Positions 37,501 through 50,170 of a DNA stretch of 64,000 nt are shown here, piece by piece. Every line of letters begins with the position of its first letter. Position 1 is the stretch's first letter. The notes under the pieces were generated by a model. It saw only the letters and a program-made list of their open reading frames with translations, was not told where the DNA came from and ran no database searches. The translations under genes and the position numbers were made by a program. The stretch is from Alphaproteobacteria bacterium (GTDB lineage Bacteria > Pseudomonadota > Alphaproteobacteria > Caulobacterales > Maricaulaceae): the NCBI GenBank assembly GCA_016124205.1, contig WGOD01000004.1, forward strand, positions 8,345 to 72,344, in the 5' to 3' direction.

Positions 37501-37901
37501 GGCGACCGACCTCTTCGGCGGCGCTCGAAGGCCTCTACATCCTGCATGTCGACAACGAACCGGAACTGCTCGACGCGGGACTGTCCCTTCTGGGCCGCTG
37601 GGGCTGTCACGCCCTGGGGGCGCTCGACGAGGCACAGGCGCTTGCGGCCGATTTCGGACCGCAGGGGCCGGATATCGTCATTCTCGACTATCACCTGGAA
37701 GACGGTGCGCTTGGTCCAGATGTCTATCGTGCCCTGACCGCGCATTATGGCCGGCGCATTCCCGGCTTGCTGGTGACCGCCGACCGCAGCAGCGAGCCGG
37801 AAGAAGCGGCCCGTGAATTCGGGCTCACCCTTCTGCGCAAGCCGGTCGCGCCGGCCGCGTTGCGCGCAGCGCTCGCCGCGATGAAGCGGCAATTGCGCTA
37901 G
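34539..37901 (+). CDS. crbS: CrbS/MxtR-like hybrid sensor kinase (SLC5-like TM domain, STAC, PAS, HisKA, HATPase, REC)
   Basis: GVYCTSWTFFGAVG, LPRQFH, AAASHDLLQPL, QNLLANAVRYT, DTGPG, GLGLGLAIV, C-terminal receiver DYHL. Confidence 0.85.
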   Translation: MLAPIWTLFALAAYVALLFAIAARGDRLPAASETRRRLIYVLGIGVYCTSWTFFGAVGETARNGWDYLPIYLGPALVFIVLFPVIRRMVRLGRSQESASIADFLAARFGKSPGIAALAAGILVLAALPYMALQLRSAESALSLITTVPDGLDVAGLVALAFAVFAILFGARKADSSVANPGLSLAIAVESVVKLTAMVAIGVMALIVLGNPDTPATTSVPLAQQPLDLRFLTLTVLAGLAALCLPRQFHMLVVENRNPGDVRAARFGFPLYLVGVALAAPPIAMAGAALLPGTNPDNYILALPVELGAGPLALLALFGGFSAAAGMITITTLAVSIMIVNDWLGPFVLRRSATASGDGLAQRLLTWRRAVIVGLLAAAWLFDRSFAGPSGLASIGLVSFAAAAQLAPSLLLGLYWRRANRHGAYAGMIAGTIGWLVLIFLPSYTNVHPLPETGADPFSVSVLITLAFNTLAFIVATAFSRTGLVDRLQAEVFTRPAETRTSDGEGVTGARVADILTLFDRVLGREAGTDAADELSRQLGRKLSPTEPASAAMTALAETRLARAVGSASARLLMRRVVKGAVVAPGEVIALIDETAAKIRTSEDAREQTEKSARFYTDHVPALLSYADKSLRLIFANQPYLDFFGIDRSNISKPMSDYMTAEELAARRPYMDRALAGQRQEFDVIRRDPRGRKRVWQLVYQPRVEDGEVLGFYGVYQDVTARREAEAGLKRAYETLEEKVAERTAELQAAQAQAEAATQSKTRFLAAASHDLLQPLSAARLLVSSLDQDLAASPQSTRDLVARIDRSIENADQLLRALLDISRLDASGVQPDISEFSLQPLIEDLVSQFQPKAEAKGIMVRYVATRTATRTDRGLLASMVQNLLANAVRYTETGRILIGVRRRGSQLCLQVHDTGPGMTQDLQDKMFKEFERGPRRGNADRGLGLGLAIVDRIGRQLDIAIRVRSEPGSGSCFELILPRANARTEPRRRRPTSSAALEGLYILHVDNEPELLDAGLSLLGRWGCHALGALDEAQALAADFGPQGPDIVILDYHLEDGALGPDVYRALTAHYGRRIPGLLVTADRSSEPEEAAREFGLTLLRKPVAPAALRAALAAMKRQLR

Positions 37902-38536
37902 GCGGACTTCGGCGGTTCGATTTCGAGCGCCTGCGCGACCAGCGAGGCCTGGGTGCGGTTGATCACGCCGAGCTTGCGGAAGACGGCGGTGATGTGCGCC
38001 TTCACCGTGGCCTCGGTGATGTCCATCTCAAAGGCGATCTGCTTGTTCAGCTGCCCGGCGGCGACGCCTCGCAGTACACGCATCTGCGCCGGAGTCAGGC
38101 TGGCCAGTCGCTGGGCCTGTTCGGCTGCTTCGTCGGTGATGTCGTCACCGGTTTCCGGAGCCCAGATTTCGCCGTCGCGGACCGCGCCGAGCGCCATGCA
38201 AAGCGTGTCGAGGGATGCGGTCTTCGGGATGAAGCCGGCGGCCCCGAACTCCAGCGCCCGTGCGGCCGCGCCGCCGCTCTGGCTTGCCGAGATGACGACC
38301 ACCGGCATGCCGGGATGAGACTGGCGCAATTCGATCAGGCCGGAAAACCCGCTCGAGTCCGACATGTGCAGATCGAGGCAGACCAGATCAACCGATTGGT
38401 CCGCAAGCCGGTCGCGGGCTTCCGACAGGCTTTCCGCCTCGACGATCTCGGCGCCCGGCGCCACACGCCGTACGGCCTCGATCAGTGCCGCCCGGAACAG
38501 GGGGTGGTCATCGGCCAGGAGGATGGTTTCGCGCAT
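37898..38536 (-). CDS. crbR: LuxR/NarL family response regulator (CrbR/ErdR-like)
   Basis: LADDHPLFR, LDLHM, GFIPK, LTPAQ...NKQIAFEMDITEATVKAH. Confidence 0.85.
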   Translation of the reverse strand: MRETILLADDHPLFRAALIEAVRRVAPGAEIVEAESLSEARDRLADQSVDLVCLDLHMSDSSGFSGLIELRQSHPGMPVVVISASQSGGAAARALEFGAAGFIPKTASLDTLCMALGAVRDGEIWAPETGDDITDEAAEQAQRLASLTPAQMRVLRGVAAGQLNKQIAFEMDITEATVKAHITAVFRKLGVINRTQASLVAQALEIEPPKSA

Positions 38537-38554
38537 TTGCCCTTCCTTCGGCGG

Positions 38555-38630
38555 AGACTTTAGCGCCTTCGGGCGATTCCGGTATCCGCCTAAAGTCTAA
38601 TGCCAAACCGGCCTGTTTCCGACCAAAGCC
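38555..38630. promoter_or_regulatory. Degenerate CrbR-type boxes between crbR and dcaP-acs
   Basis: Inverted pair AGACTTTAG (38555-38563) / CTAAAGTCT (38590-38598); GCC-TAAA-GTC and GAC-CAAA-GCC (38621-38630) are each one mismatch from GAC-N4-GTC. Confidence 0.5.
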
Positions 38631-38703
38631 GAATACCCCGGAACCCCGTCGCCCGGAATACTCCCTGCCGATAACCGACACATGCGACGGGGGAGGACAT
38701 CCG

Positions 38704-40071
38704 ATGGCAGGTGCGCAGACTTTCAGGACGTTTCTGATTTCCACGATTGCGGCGGGCGCGCTCTGCGCGCCGGCCTTTGCCGATGACGCGTCGACGGCCG
38801 CGCTTGAGGCGCGGATCGCCGAAATGGAGGCAATGCTCGCTGAATTGAGAGCCGAGATTGATGCCACCCGACAGGCCAATACCGCGATGACGGACCGGGT
38901 CAGCGAGCTGGAGGCACGTCCTGTTGCCGCTCCTGCTGCGGCTCTGCCTGAAGTGACGGCGGCCGCGAGCCCCGCCGGGAATGGCTTCATGGCCGGCGAC
39001 ACGCGGGTCAGCTATGGCGGTTTCATCGATATCGACGCCCATGTCACCGACCTGTCCGATGGCGATATCGCGCCGACCTCGATCGCGCGCGACTTCTACA
39101 TTCCCGGGGCCATCCCCGTTGGAGGCACGGGCGATGGTGAGCCTGACACGGACTTCACCGCGCAGGGTTCGCGCTTCTTCTTCACCACCTCGACGCCGAC
39201 CGATTTCGGCAATGTCACCAGCCGACTCGAGTTCGACTTCCTGGGGTCGCCGGGCGGCGACGAGCGGGTGTCCAACTCCTACAATCCGCGCCTGCGGGTG
39301 GGCTGGGTCCAGCTCGGCGACTGGCGCTTCGGACAGGACTGGTCGACCTTCCAGAACACCGCCGCCATTCCCGAGAGCGCCAGCTTCCTGGTCGCGTCCG
39401 ACGGCATGATATTCGTGCGGCAGGCACAGGTCCGCTACACGCGCGGCGATTTCCAGTTCGCGCTGGAAAACGCCGACTCGACCGTCACGCCTGCAGCCGG
39501 CACGGGCCGGATCGATGCCGGCGACGGGGCGATGCCCGACGTGGTCGCGCGCTACAACTTCACCGGCGATTTCGGCAACATCTCGCTGTCCGCGGTGGGC
39601 CGCAATCTGGCGCTCGAAATGCCCGGCGTCGACGGCAATGCCTTCGGCTGGGGCCTCGCCGCACAGGGACGGATCAATGTCGGAGACAGCTCCGACATCC
39701 GCTTCAGCCTTGCCGGCGGCGAAGGGCTCGGGCGCTATATCGGGCTCAACGCCGTCAATGGCGCGATCGTCAACGCCTCGGGCGATCTTGAAGCCATCCC
39801 GGTGTGGGGCGGGCTCGTTGCCCTGCGTCACGACATCGGGGGCGGCCGCCGGTTCAATCTAGGCTATTCGCGCCTCGAGGCCGACAACGACATGACGCTC
39901 AGCGCACCGACCGCGACGCGCCGGGTCCACTCCGCCTTCGCCAACTACATGGTCACGATCGGGGGCGGCGTCACGCTGGGTGCCGAAATCCTGCTTGGTG
40001 AGCGCGTCCTGGAGAACGGCGAGAGCGGCTCAATCACGCGCGCCACCTTCTCGACCAAGTACAGCTTCTGA
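38704..40071 (+). CDS. DcaP family trimeric outer-membrane porin
   Basis: GGAGG RBS; signal peptide; N-terminal coiled coil; [23 protein letters not shown]; ends KYSF. Confidence 0.85.
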   Translation: MAGAQTFRTFLISTIAAGALCAPAFADDASTAALEARIAEMEAMLAELRAEIDATRQANTAMTDRVSELEARPVAAPAAALPEVTAAASPAGNGFMAGDTRVSYGGFIDIDAHVTDLSDGDIAPTSIARDFYIPGAIPVGGTGDGEPDTDFTAQGSRFFFTTSTPTDFGNVTSRLEFDFLGSPGGDERVSNSYNPRLRVGWVQLGDWRFGQDWSTFQNTAAIPESASFLVASDGMIFVRQAQVRYTRGDFQFALENADSTVTPAAGTGRIDAGDGAMPDVVARYNFTGDFGNISLSAVGRNLALEMPGVDGNAFGWGLAAQGRINVGDSSDIRFSLAGGEGLGRYIGLNAVNGAIVNASGDLEAIPVWGGLVALRHDIGGGRRFNLGYSRLEADNDMTLSAPTATRRVHSAFANYMVTIGGGVTLGAEILLGERVLENGESGSITRATFSTKYSF

Positions 40072-40097
40072 CACATCCGATGAATGGAGATCCCGCC

Positions 40098-42065
<1,968 letters not shown>

Positions 42066-42238
42066 CCTAGTCCCTCGGGCTAGTCCGCCTCCCTCCGTCC
42101 CGCCTTGCGAAGCGGCGCGATGGGGGGCGGGCCAGCCTGCAGAAGGCCCCGCCCCAGCCTTGCCGCCCCTGCCGACATGGCCTAATCGGAAGGCAGGGAC
42201 GCCGGTCGCCTGTCGCGACCGGCCTGCAGGGGTTTTTC

Positions 42239-44482
42239 ATGCGTATTGCAATCGTGTCGTTTCTGGTCGCGGTGTCGGCGGGCTGTGCGCTCGCGCAGGA
42301 ACCGCAGAGTGAAGTTCTTGCGGGCGAGGTCACAGCCTCTCAGCCGCAGGTCGATTTTCCGTTCGAGCTTGAAGCCGGCGATGTCGTCACGCTGACGACG
42401 ATGTCGGATGAGAATTTCGATACCATCCTGACCCTGACCGGTCCGAATGGGGCGCGTCTGGCGCAGAATGACGACATGCCGTCCGGCGAAAGCCTGCAGT
42501 CGCAGATCGTCTACGTCGCCACGGTTGGCGGGCGCTACACCGCCGCGGTCACCGGCTATGGCAACGGGATCGGTTCGTTCGAACTGGAAATCCTCTACGG
42601 CATCGATTTCGGCCTGTCCGACGACGCACGTACGATCATGGAAGATGTCGTGACGATCGACCCGTCGCGGCCGACCCGCAATTTCACGGTTGATCTGGCC
42701 GAGGACGACATCTTCGTCGCGTCGACCTTCGCGCTGACCGAAAATCTCGACACGACGCTGGCGCTGCTCGACGCCGGTGGCAACACGCTCGCTGAAAACG
42801 ACGACCGCGGCGACGGCACGCTCAATTCGCACCTGATCTTCCAGGCGTCGGAAGCCGGCCGCTATCAGGTCGCGCTCAGCAGCTGGTCGGGTGAAGGCCA
42901 GGGCGACGCCATCCTGTCGCTGGCGATCGACCCGAATGCGGACGTCCCGTTCGACTTCAGCTCGATCGAGGGCGAACGGATCGCGGTCTATTCCGACTTT
43001 CTCGGCGCCGATCCGGAATCGCTCGAATATCCGGTGCAGCTCGCTGAGGGCCAGACGCTCTACGTCATGGCCGATACGGTCGATGGCGATCTCGACCCGG
43101 TGATCCGCCTTGTCGGTCCGGACGGTTTCCCGGTCGCACTCAATGACGACCGCGGCGATGGTTCGCTGAACTCCGCCTTTGCCTATACAGCCCCGCAAGC
43201 CGGCACCTACATGCTGGAAATCACCCGCTACCAGGGCGGTGAATCGAGCGGCACGTTCGAACTGGTGCTGATGTCGGTCGACGCTTCGGTCGTCGATACG
43301 CTGCAGGCCCTGCTCGACAATTCCATCCAGCTCAGCGGCGACGTCCAGTCGATCCGCACGGAAGACTTCATCGTCTACTACACGCTCGAGGGCGAGGACG
43401 CCTCGTCGCTGGAATATGCGGAATCGGTGGGTGTCGCGCTTCAGGAAATGCTCGATATCCAGGTCAGCCGTATGGGCTGGGCCGAGCCGATCCGCGACGA
43501 CGAGGGCCTTTACCGGGCCTATATCGGCGATGCCGGTGGTTCGCTCGGTTTCACGCGCCCCGCGCAGATGGTGTTCGACAACCCGAACACGCCCGACGTT
43601 CGCGAAATGGCGGCGGCCCGGGCGATCTTCCTGATCGAGAACGACTTCGCCGGTCTGGGCAAGGCGGCGACCCCGCACAGCCTGATGCGGGCGACGGCGA
43701 CCCACGAATTCGCGCACGTCATCCAGTATGCCTATGACGCCGAGGAAGCGCTCGACTGGCTCTACGAATCCACCGCCTCGTGGATCGAGGTTGCCACGGT
43801 CGGCGCCGACCAGGATGCGACCGACTACGTCTCCAGCGATTATGACTCGCCGGAGCGTTGCTGGACGACCAGCGAGAGCGGTCACAACTACTCGCAGTGG
43901 ACGCTGCTGCAGTCGATGGCGGACGTCTATGGCGAAGACCTGATCGTCCGGATCTGGGAAAACACGGTCGAGATGGACGGGTTCGAAACCGTCGCCGCGG
44001 CGCTGCGCGAGGAAGGCACGACCATTCCGGAAGTCATCGGCCGCTGGCGGGCCCAGAACCTCGCGCTCGATTACGAGCTGGCTCCGCTGTTCAACTCCAC
44101 CGTGGCGCTGCAGCGCACGTTGTCCGAGACCGGTCCCTGGCGTTCGAAGGGTGGTCTGGAACAGCTCGGCGCGAACTATTTCACGGTCGATCTCGATGGC
44201 CGCTTCACCGTCTCGCTCGATGCCGAGGCCGGAGTCGAAGTCGTCGCCCTCGGCTTGCGCGACGGCGAGATGCATGTCGTTCCGCTCGGCCAGTCCGGTG
44301 CGATCGATACGGCCGGCTGGGATTATCTCGGCCTGATGGTGTTCAACGCCAACATGCCGGAAGAACCCGGCGCGTGTTCGGGTGTCGGCTACACGCTCGA
44401 CATCCAGCCGTCGAACGCGGCGATGGCCCGGGCGGCCTACCGCTTCGATGGCCGGCATTTCACCGCGCCGGGACAAGAGTAA
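42239..44482 (+). CDS. Secreted protein with three N-terminal PPC-like domains and a C-terminal HExxH zinc-peptidase-like domain
   Basis: Signal peptide; three DTxLxL...NDD repeats; ATHEFAHVIQYAY...WLYESTASW. Confidence 0.75.
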   Translation: MRIAIVSFLVAVSAGCALAQEPQSEVLAGEVTASQPQVDFPFELEAGDVVTLTTMSDENFDTILTLTGPNGARLAQNDDMPSGESLQSQIVYVATVGGRYTAAVTGYGNGIGSFELEILYGIDFGLSDDARTIMEDVVTIDPSRPTRNFTVDLAEDDIFVASTFALTENLDTTLALLDAGGNTLAENDDRGDGTLNSHLIFQASEAGRYQVALSSWSGEGQGDAILSLAIDPNADVPFDFSSIEGERIAVYSDFLGADPESLEYPVQLAEGQTLYVMADTVDGDLDPVIRLVGPDGFPVALNDDRGDGSLNSAFAYTAPQAGTYMLEITRYQGGESSGTFELVLMSVDASVVDTLQALLDNSIQLSGDVQSIRTEDFIVYYTLEGEDASSLEYAESVGVALQEMLDIQVSRMGWAEPIRDDEGLYRAYIGDAGGSLGFTRPAQMVFDNPNTPDVREMAAARAIFLIENDFAGLGKAATPHSLMRATATHEFAHVIQYAYDAEEALDWLYESTASWIEVATVGADQDATDYVSSDYDSPERCWTTSESGHNYSQWTLLQSMADVYGEDLIVRIWENTVEMDGFETVAAALREEGTTIPEVIGRWRAQNLALDYELAPLFNSTVALQRTLSETGPWRSKGGLEQLGANYFTVDLDGRFTVSLDAEAGVEVVALGLRDGEMHVVPLGQSGAIDTAGWDYLGLMVFNANMPEEPGACSGVGYTLDIQPSNAAMARAAYRFDGRHFTAPGQE

Positions 44483-44497
44483 ACAGTCCGCAGGTTT

Positions 44498-44524
44498 CGG
44501 GGCCGGATCACGCGTCCGGCCCCG
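44498..44524 (+). terminator. Hairpin/terminator
   Basis: CGGGGCCGGA-TCACGCG-TCCGGCCCCG. Confidence 0.55.
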
Positions 44525-44639
44525 TCTCCTCCCCCGACCTGCGACATGCGCGGCGTATTGCCCCACTCTGTGTGGGGTCTCTTGAAAGCCGCACTAAAAC
44601 TGTGGGATTGAACCTGCAGGACATTCGTCGGGGGACTCT

Positions 44640-46295
44640 ATGACGAACATCGCATTTCCAGCACCGCGAAAGGGGGGCGCCGAAGGCTTCCTGATCGCGC
44701 TCATCCTGATCGGGGTCTTCTTCTGGTCGCTCTATGCGGTTGCCCGGGGCGGCGATCCGCTGATGGAGCAGCAGGGCTGGCTGATCATGGCCGGTTCGCT
44801 GATCGGCCTCATCATGCTCGTCGGGGCCTTTTCCAATGGCGGCCCGGTCAATGACGAGTCGCAATACGCCGAAGGCGTGATCAAGGCCGGTACGATCGCC
44901 ACCATGTTCTGGGGCATCGCCGGTTTTCTGGTCGGCGTGATTATCGCGCTCCAGCTGGCGTTTCCGAACCTGTTCTACTTTGCCGATTTCGGCTTTCTGA
45001 ACTTCGGGCGCCTGCGGCCGCTGCACACCTCGGCGGTGATCTTCGCCTTTGGCGGCAATGCGCTGATCGCGACGTCCTTCTATGTCGTGCAGCGGACCTG
45101 CCGGACGCGGATCGCCGGAGGCCTTTGGCCCTGGTTCGTGTTCTGGGGCTACCAGTTCTTCATCGTCATCGCGGCGACCGGCTATCTGCTCGGCATCACG
45201 CAGGGCAAGGAATACGCCGAGCCGGAATGGTATGCGGATATCTGGCTGACGCTGGTCTGGGTGGTCTATCTCCTGGTCTTCCTCGGCACGCTGTGGAAGC
45301 GGAAAGAGAAGCACATCTACGTCGCCAACTGGTTCTACCTCGCCTTCATCGTGACCATCGCGATGCTGCACGTGGTGAACAATCTGGCGGTGCCGGTGAA
45401 CTTCTTCGGCGCCTGGTCCTACCCGGTGATGTCGGGCGTGCAGGGCGCGCTGACCCAGTGGTGGTATGGCCACAACGCGGTCGGCTTCTTCCTGACCGCC
45501 GGCTTCTTGGCGATCATGTACTACTTCATCCCGAAGCGCGCCGAACGGCCGGTCTATTCCTACCGCCTGTCGATCGTGCACTTCTGGTCGCTGATCTTCA
45601 TCTACATCTGGGCCGGTCCGCACCACCTGCACTACACGGCGCTGCCGGAATGGGCGCAGACGCTGGGCATGACTTTCTCCGTCATGCTGTGGATGCCCAG
45701 CTGGGGCGGCATGATCAACGGCCTGATGACGCTGTCGGGCGCGTGGGACAAGCTGCGTACCGATCCGGTCATCCGCATGATGGTGCTGTCGGTCGCCTTC
45801 TACGGCATGTCGACCTTCGAAGGTCCGGTGATGAGCGTGCGCGCCGTCAACGCACTGTCGCACTACACCGACTGGACGATCGGCCACGTGCACTCCGGCG
45901 CGCTGGGCTGGGTCGGCTTCATCACCTTCGGTGCGGTCTACTGCCTCGTTCCCTGGCTGTGGAAGCGCAAGGGCATGTGGTCGAAGGCGCTGATCGAGTG
46001 GCATTTCTGGCTCGCGACGATCGGCATCCTTTTCTACATCGCGGCGATGTGGCCGTCGGGGATCACACAGGGCCTGATGTGGCGCGCCTACAATGATCTC
46101 GGCTTCCTCGAATACTCCTTCGTGGAAACGGTCGAGGCCATGCATCCCTACTACATCATCCGGGCGTTCGGCGGCTTACTCTTCCTCTTGGGTGCCTTGC
46201 TGATGGCCTACAATGTCTACCGCACCATCAGGGGCGGGGTCGAAGAGACGGAGGACCGGGTCAATCCGCAATCCTCCCTCATTGCAGCCGAATAG
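44640..46295 (+). CDS. ccoN: cbb3-type cytochrome c oxidase subunit I
   Basis: [47 protein letters not shown]. Confidence 0.98.
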   Translation: MTNIAFPAPRKGGAEGFLIALILIGVFFWSLYAVARGGDPLMEQQGWLIMAGSLIGLIMLVGAFSNGGPVNDESQYAEGVIKAGTIATMFWGIAGFLVGVIIALQLAFPNLFYFADFGFLNFGRLRPLHTSAVIFAFGGNALIATSFYVVQRTCRTRIAGGLWPWFVFWGYQFFIVIAATGYLLGITQGKEYAEPEWYADIWLTLVWVVYLLVFLGTLWKRKEKHIYVANWFYLAFIVTIAMLHVVNNLAVPVNFFGAWSYPVMSGVQGALTQWWYGHNAVGFFLTAGFLAIMYYFIPKRAERPVYSYRLSIVHFWSLIFIYIWAGPHHLHYTALPEWAQTLGMTFSVMLWMPSWGGMINGLMTLSGAWDKLRTDPVIRMMVLSVAFYGMSTFEGPVMSVRAVNALSHYTDWTIGHVHSGALGWVGFITFGAVYCLVPWLWKRKGMWSKALIEWHFWLATIGILFYIAAMWPSGITQGLMWRAYNDLGFLEYSFVETVEAMHPYYIIRAFGGLLFLLGALLMAYNVYRTIRGGVEETEDRVNPQSSLIAAE

Positions 46296-46307
46296 GAGGC
46301 CTGAGCC

Positions 46308-47066
46308 ATGTCGCAGAAAAAAGGCTTCTTCCAGGGCATTCACGCCAAGTTCCTCGAGCGGAACAGCCTGATCCTTACCGTGGCCATCCTGGTCGTGGTG
46401 TCGATCGGGGGCGTGATCGAAATCGCGCCGCTCTTCTACCTCAACTCGACGATCGAAGAGGTCGAGGGCGTGCGCCCCTACACCCCGCTAGAACTGGCCG
46501 GCCGGCAGATCTATGTCCGCGAGGGCTGCTATAACTGCCACTCGCAGATGATCCGTCCGCTGCGCGACGAGGTGGAGCGCTACGGGCACTACTCGCTGGC
46601 GGCCGAGAGCATGTATGACCGGCCCTTCCAGTGGGGGTCCAAACGGACCGGTCCGGACCTGGCCCGCGTCGGCGGCAAGTATTCCGACGAGTGGCACCGC
46701 GACCACCTGATCAACCCGCAGTCGGTCGTGCCGGAATCGGTGATGCCGCCCTACGCATTCCTGGCGGATGCGGCACTCGATTACGGCCAGATTGAAGGGC
46801 ATCTGCGCACGAACCGCCTGTTCGGCGTGCCCTATACCGACGAGATGATCGCCAATGCCGAGACCGATCTCGAGGCTCAGGTCGATCCCTTCTCATCCGG
46901 TTATGACGATCTGATCGCGCGCTATCCGGGGGCCCAGATCCGTGACTTCGACGGCAATCCCGACGAGCTCACGGAACTCGATGCCCTGATCGCCTACCTG
47001 CAGGTGCTTGGAACCATGGTCGATTTCTCGACCTATGAGGCCGAAGCGCCGGAAAACCAGCGATAG
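46308..47066 (+). CDS. ccoO: cbb3-type cytochrome c oxidase subunit II
   Basis: [29 protein letters not shown]. Confidence 0.98.
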   Translation: MSQKKGFFQGIHAKFLERNSLILTVAILVVVSIGGVIEIAPLFYLNSTIEEVEGVRPYTPLELAGRQIYVREGCYNCHSQMIRPLRDEVERYGHYSLAAESMYDRPFQWGSKRTGPDLARVGGKYSDEWHRDHLINPQSVVPESVMPPYAFLADAALDYGQIEGHLRTNRLFGVPYTDEMIANAETDLEAQVDPFSSGYDDLIARYPGAQIRDFDGNPDELTELDALIAYLQVLGTMVDFSTYEAEAPENQR

Positions 47067-47075
47067 GAGGACGAC

Positions 47076-47267
47076 ATGTACGAAGCGCTTTCGCAATTCG
47101 CACAGACCTGGGGGCTTCTCCTCTTCGTTCTCCTGTTCGCCGGTGTGCTGGTCTACGCGCTGTGGCCCGGCAACCGCGAACGCTTCAACCAGGCGGCCCA
47201 GATGCCGCTCGACGATGCCGAAGGACCCGAAGGCTTCGATACCGGGAAGGGCCGGAACCATGGCTGA
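47076..47267 (+). CDS. ccoQ: cbb3-type cytochrome c oxidase subunit IV
   Basis: Small single-TM ORF with GGAGG RBS between ccoO and ccoP; YALWP...AAQMPLDD. Confidence 0.9.
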   Translation: MYEALSQFAQTWGLLLFVLLFAGVLVYALWPGNRERFNQAAQMPLDDAEGPEGFDTGKGRNHG

Positions 47268-48174
47268 GCACAATCACAAGGACGAAGTGACCGGCGTCGA
47301 CACGACGGGTCACGAATGGGACGGGATCCGCGAGCTGGACAATCCGCTTCCGCGCTGGTGGCTGTGGATCTTCTACGCCTGCGTGGCGTGGTCGGTGGTC
47401 TACATGATCTTCATGCCGGCCCTGCCGGCCCCGCCGGGCTTCGAAGGCTTCACGCGCGGCCTGACGGGCAATTCCGAACGGGCGAATGTGGCGCAGCAGA
47501 TGGCCGACCTTCAGGCCTCGCGCAGCACCAATTTCGACCGGCTGCAGAATGCGGACTTCCAGGCGATCGAGAACGATCCGGAACTCTTCCGTTTCGCGAT
47601 CGCCGCGGGCCGGTCGGCCTTTGGCGACAATTGCGCCACCTGCCACGGCAGTGGCGGCGGCGGTGCGGTCGGATATCCCAACCTCAATGACGATATCTGG
47701 CTGTGGGGCGGTACGTTCGACGATATCCGCTACACGCTGCATGTCGGCATCCGGTCGGACCATCCCGACACCCGCTTCTCGCAGATGCCCGCCTTCGGCC
47801 GCGACGAACTTCTGAGCCAGGCCGAGATCCGCGACGTGACGCAGTATGTGCTGCAACTTTCGGGGCAGAGCTTCGACGCGGCCGCGGCTGATCGCGGTGC
47901 GGCGACCTTCCAGAACCAGTGTGTGTCCTGTCACATGGAAGACGGCACCGGCGACCAGGCGCAGGGTGCGCCCGACCTGACCGACCGGGACTGGCTCTAT
48001 GGTGGCAGCGCGGATCAGATCGAGGCCACGATCCACCGCGGTCCCTACGGCGTGATGCCGAGCTGGGAAGGCCGTCTGAGCGAGCCGATGATCACCGCGC
48101 TGGCGACCTATGTGTACTCGCTGGGCGGCGGTCAGGAAGCCGGCGGAGACGAGATGGGAGCTGGCGGGCAATAG
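47260..48174 (+). CDS. ccoP: cbb3-type cytochrome c oxidase subunit III
   Basis: Start MAEHNHK; TTGHEWDGIRELDNPLPRWW; two haem motifs CATCH and CVSCH. Confidence 0.97.
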   Translation: MAEHNHKDEVTGVDTTGHEWDGIRELDNPLPRWWLWIFYACVAWSVVYMIFMPALPAPPGFEGFTRGLTGNSERANVAQQMADLQASRSTNFDRLQNADFQAIENDPELFRFAIAAGRSAFGDNCATCHGSGGGGAVGYPNLNDDIWLWGGTFDDIRYTLHVGIRSDHPDTRFSQMPAFGRDELLSQAEIRDVTQYVLQLSGQSFDAAAADRGAATFQNQCVSCHMEDGTGDQAQGAPDLTDRDWLYGGSADQIEATIHRGPYGVMPSWEGRLSEPMITALATYVYSLGGGQEAGGDEMGAGGQ

Positions 48175-48233
48175 CCCGCCAGCGGCCCTTTTGCCGCATC
48201 GACATTCGGGCTGAAAAAGCGTCCCTAGAGACC

Positions 48234-49712
48234 ATGGTCCAGATCCTCCCCAAGGCGGCCGCACCGGGCATCGAGCAACACGATGCCGAGGCGGTGAACG
48301 ATGCCGCCAACCGCAAGCTCTACAAGAAGCGCGAGCCGATCTATCCCAAGCTCGTGCACGGCAAATTCCGGCTCGCGAAATGGGTCTTCATGATCCTCGC
48401 GCTGGGCGCCTACTACCTCATCCCCTTCCTCCGGTGGGATCGGGGTGGCGGCGCGCCGGACCAGGCGGTGCTGGTCGATTTCGAGGGGCGGCGTTTCTAC
48501 TTCTTCTGGATCGAGATCTGGCCGCAGGAGATCTATTTCGTCACCGGCCTGTTGATCCTCGGGGCGCTGGCGATGTTCCTCGTCACCGCGCTGTTTGGCC
48601 GGGTGTGGTGCGGCTATGCCTGCCCGCAGACCGTCTGGACCGACCTCTTCATCGCCGTGGAACGCCTGTTCGAGGGCGACCGGAATGCGCGGATCAAGCT
48701 CGACCGTTCGAAGTGGAGCTTCGACAAGGCCTGGCGGAAGATCGGCAAGCATGCGGTCTGGCTGGTCATCGCCGGGGCAACGGGCGGGGCGTGGATTCTC
48801 TATTTCCACGATGCGTTCGACGTGCTCAGCCACTTCTTCACCGGCGGCTCGCCGATCTCGGCCTATCTCTTCTTCGGCATCCTGACCTTCACGACCTATA
48901 CGCTCGCCGGGACGATGCGCGAGCAGGTCTGCACCTATATGTGCCCGTGGCCGCGCATCCAGGCGGCGATGATCGACAATGACGCGCTGTCGGTCACCTA
49001 TCGCTGGGACCGGGGCGAGCCGCGCGGGCCGCACAAGAAGAATGACAGCTGGGACGGGCGGGGCGACTGCATCGACTGCAAGGCCTGCGTCGCGGCGTGC
49101 CCGATGGGGATCGACATCCGCAACGGCTCGCAGCTGGAATGCATCAATTGCGCGCTGTGCATCGATGCCTGCGACGACATCATGAAGAAGGTCGGGCGTC
49201 CGACCGGGCTCATTGCCTACGACACCGACATCAATATCGAGAAGCGCCAGAAGGGTGAAAAGCCCAGCTTCCGCTTCGTGCGGCCGCGGACGATCGTCTA
49301 TGCCGTGACGCTGGCGCTGGTCGCGGCGGTCATGCTGGTCGCGCTGGGGTCGCGCTCGACGATGGACCTCAACGTCCTGCGCGACCGGAATCCGAATTTC
49401 GTCACGTTGTCAGATGGTTCCGTGCGCAACAGCTATACGGTCAAGATCATCAACAAGACCCATGAGCCGCACCAGTACCGCATCTCGATCGAGGGCGACC
49501 CGGCGCTCCATGCCTGGCTTCTGGGGCAGGAAGACGGCGACCTCGTCGTCACCGTCGAGCCCGACCGGACAACGGATTTCCGCCTGTTCGCCTCCTTGCC
49601 GGAAGAGGCGATCGACCGGGCCAGCGAGCCGCTATTGTTCCGGGTCGAGGACCTTGTCTCGGGCGAGGTCCAGGTGACACGATCGGTCCTGCAGACCGGG
49701 TATGACCGATGA
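48234..49712 (+). CDS. ccoG: Cytochrome c oxidase accessory 4Fe-4S protein CcoG/FixG
   Basis: GRVWCGYACPQTVW, CTYMCPW, CIDCKACVAACP, CINCALCIDAC. Confidence 0.95.
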   Translation: MVQILPKAAAPGIEQHDAEAVNDAANRKLYKKREPIYPKLVHGKFRLAKWVFMILALGAYYLIPFLRWDRGGGAPDQAVLVDFEGRRFYFFWIEIWPQEIYFVTGLLILGALAMFLVTALFGRVWCGYACPQTVWTDLFIAVERLFEGDRNARIKLDRSKWSFDKAWRKIGKHAVWLVIAGATGGAWILYFHDAFDVLSHFFTGGSPISAYLFFGILTFTTYTLAGTMREQVCTYMCPWPRIQAAMIDNDALSVTYRWDRGEPRGPHKKNDSWDGRGDCIDCKACVAACPMGIDIRNGSQLECINCALCIDACDDIMKKVGRPTGLIAYDTDINIEKRQKGEKPSFRFVRPRTIVYAVTLALVAAVMLVALGSRSTMDLNVLRDRNPNFVTLSDGSVRNSYTVKIINKTHEPHQYRISIEGDPALHAWLLGQEDGDLVVTVEPDRTTDFRLFASLPEEAIDRASEPLLFRVEDLVSGEVQVTRSVLQTGYDR

Positions 49713-50170
49713 TCAAGCGCGTCACAGGCTGGCATGTTCTTGCGGTGATCCTCGTCTTCTTCGGGGTCATCATCACGGTCAATGTCATCTTCATCATCCA
49801 GGCGACGCGCACCTTCCGCGGCGAGGACGAACCGCGCTCCTATGTCCAGGGTCTCGACTACAATTCGACCCTCGCCGCGCGCGCCGAACAGGCCGCCCTC
49901 GGCTGGACGGCGACCACGGAGGTCGAAGACGGCCAGGTCGTGATCCGGGTCCTCGATGCTGACGGTCATCCGATCGACGGGCTCGACATGAGCGGCACGC
50001 TGCGCCATCCCGCGGACACGTCGCGCGACCAGGAACTGGCGTTCGAACCCCGGGCAGAGGGGCGCTATGTCGCGGCCCTGCCGGAAGGGATTCGCGGCCG
50101 ATGGCATCTGCGGGCATGGCGTGAGGGCGAGCCGCCCTTTACCCTGCAGTCCGAACTATGGCTGCAATAG
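49709..50170 (+). CDS. ccoH: FixH/CcoH protein
   Basis: TGWHVL...FFGVIITVN, SYVQGLDYN, ALGW; position in the ccoGHIS operon. Confidence 0.88.
   Translation: MIKRVTGWHVLAVILVFFGVIITVNVIFIIQATRTFRGEDEPRSYVQGLDYNSTLAARAEQAALGWTATTEVEDGQVVIRVLDADGHPIDGLDMSGTLRHPADTSRDQELAFEPRAEGRYVAALPEGIRGRWHLRAWREGEPPFTLQSELWLQ

Noticed and set aside
42066-42238. Cluster of GC-rich hairpins after acs as a MITE, REP or sRNA
   Set aside because: There is no second full copy in the window, and no terminal repeats or target duplication; compatible with ordinary terminator structures
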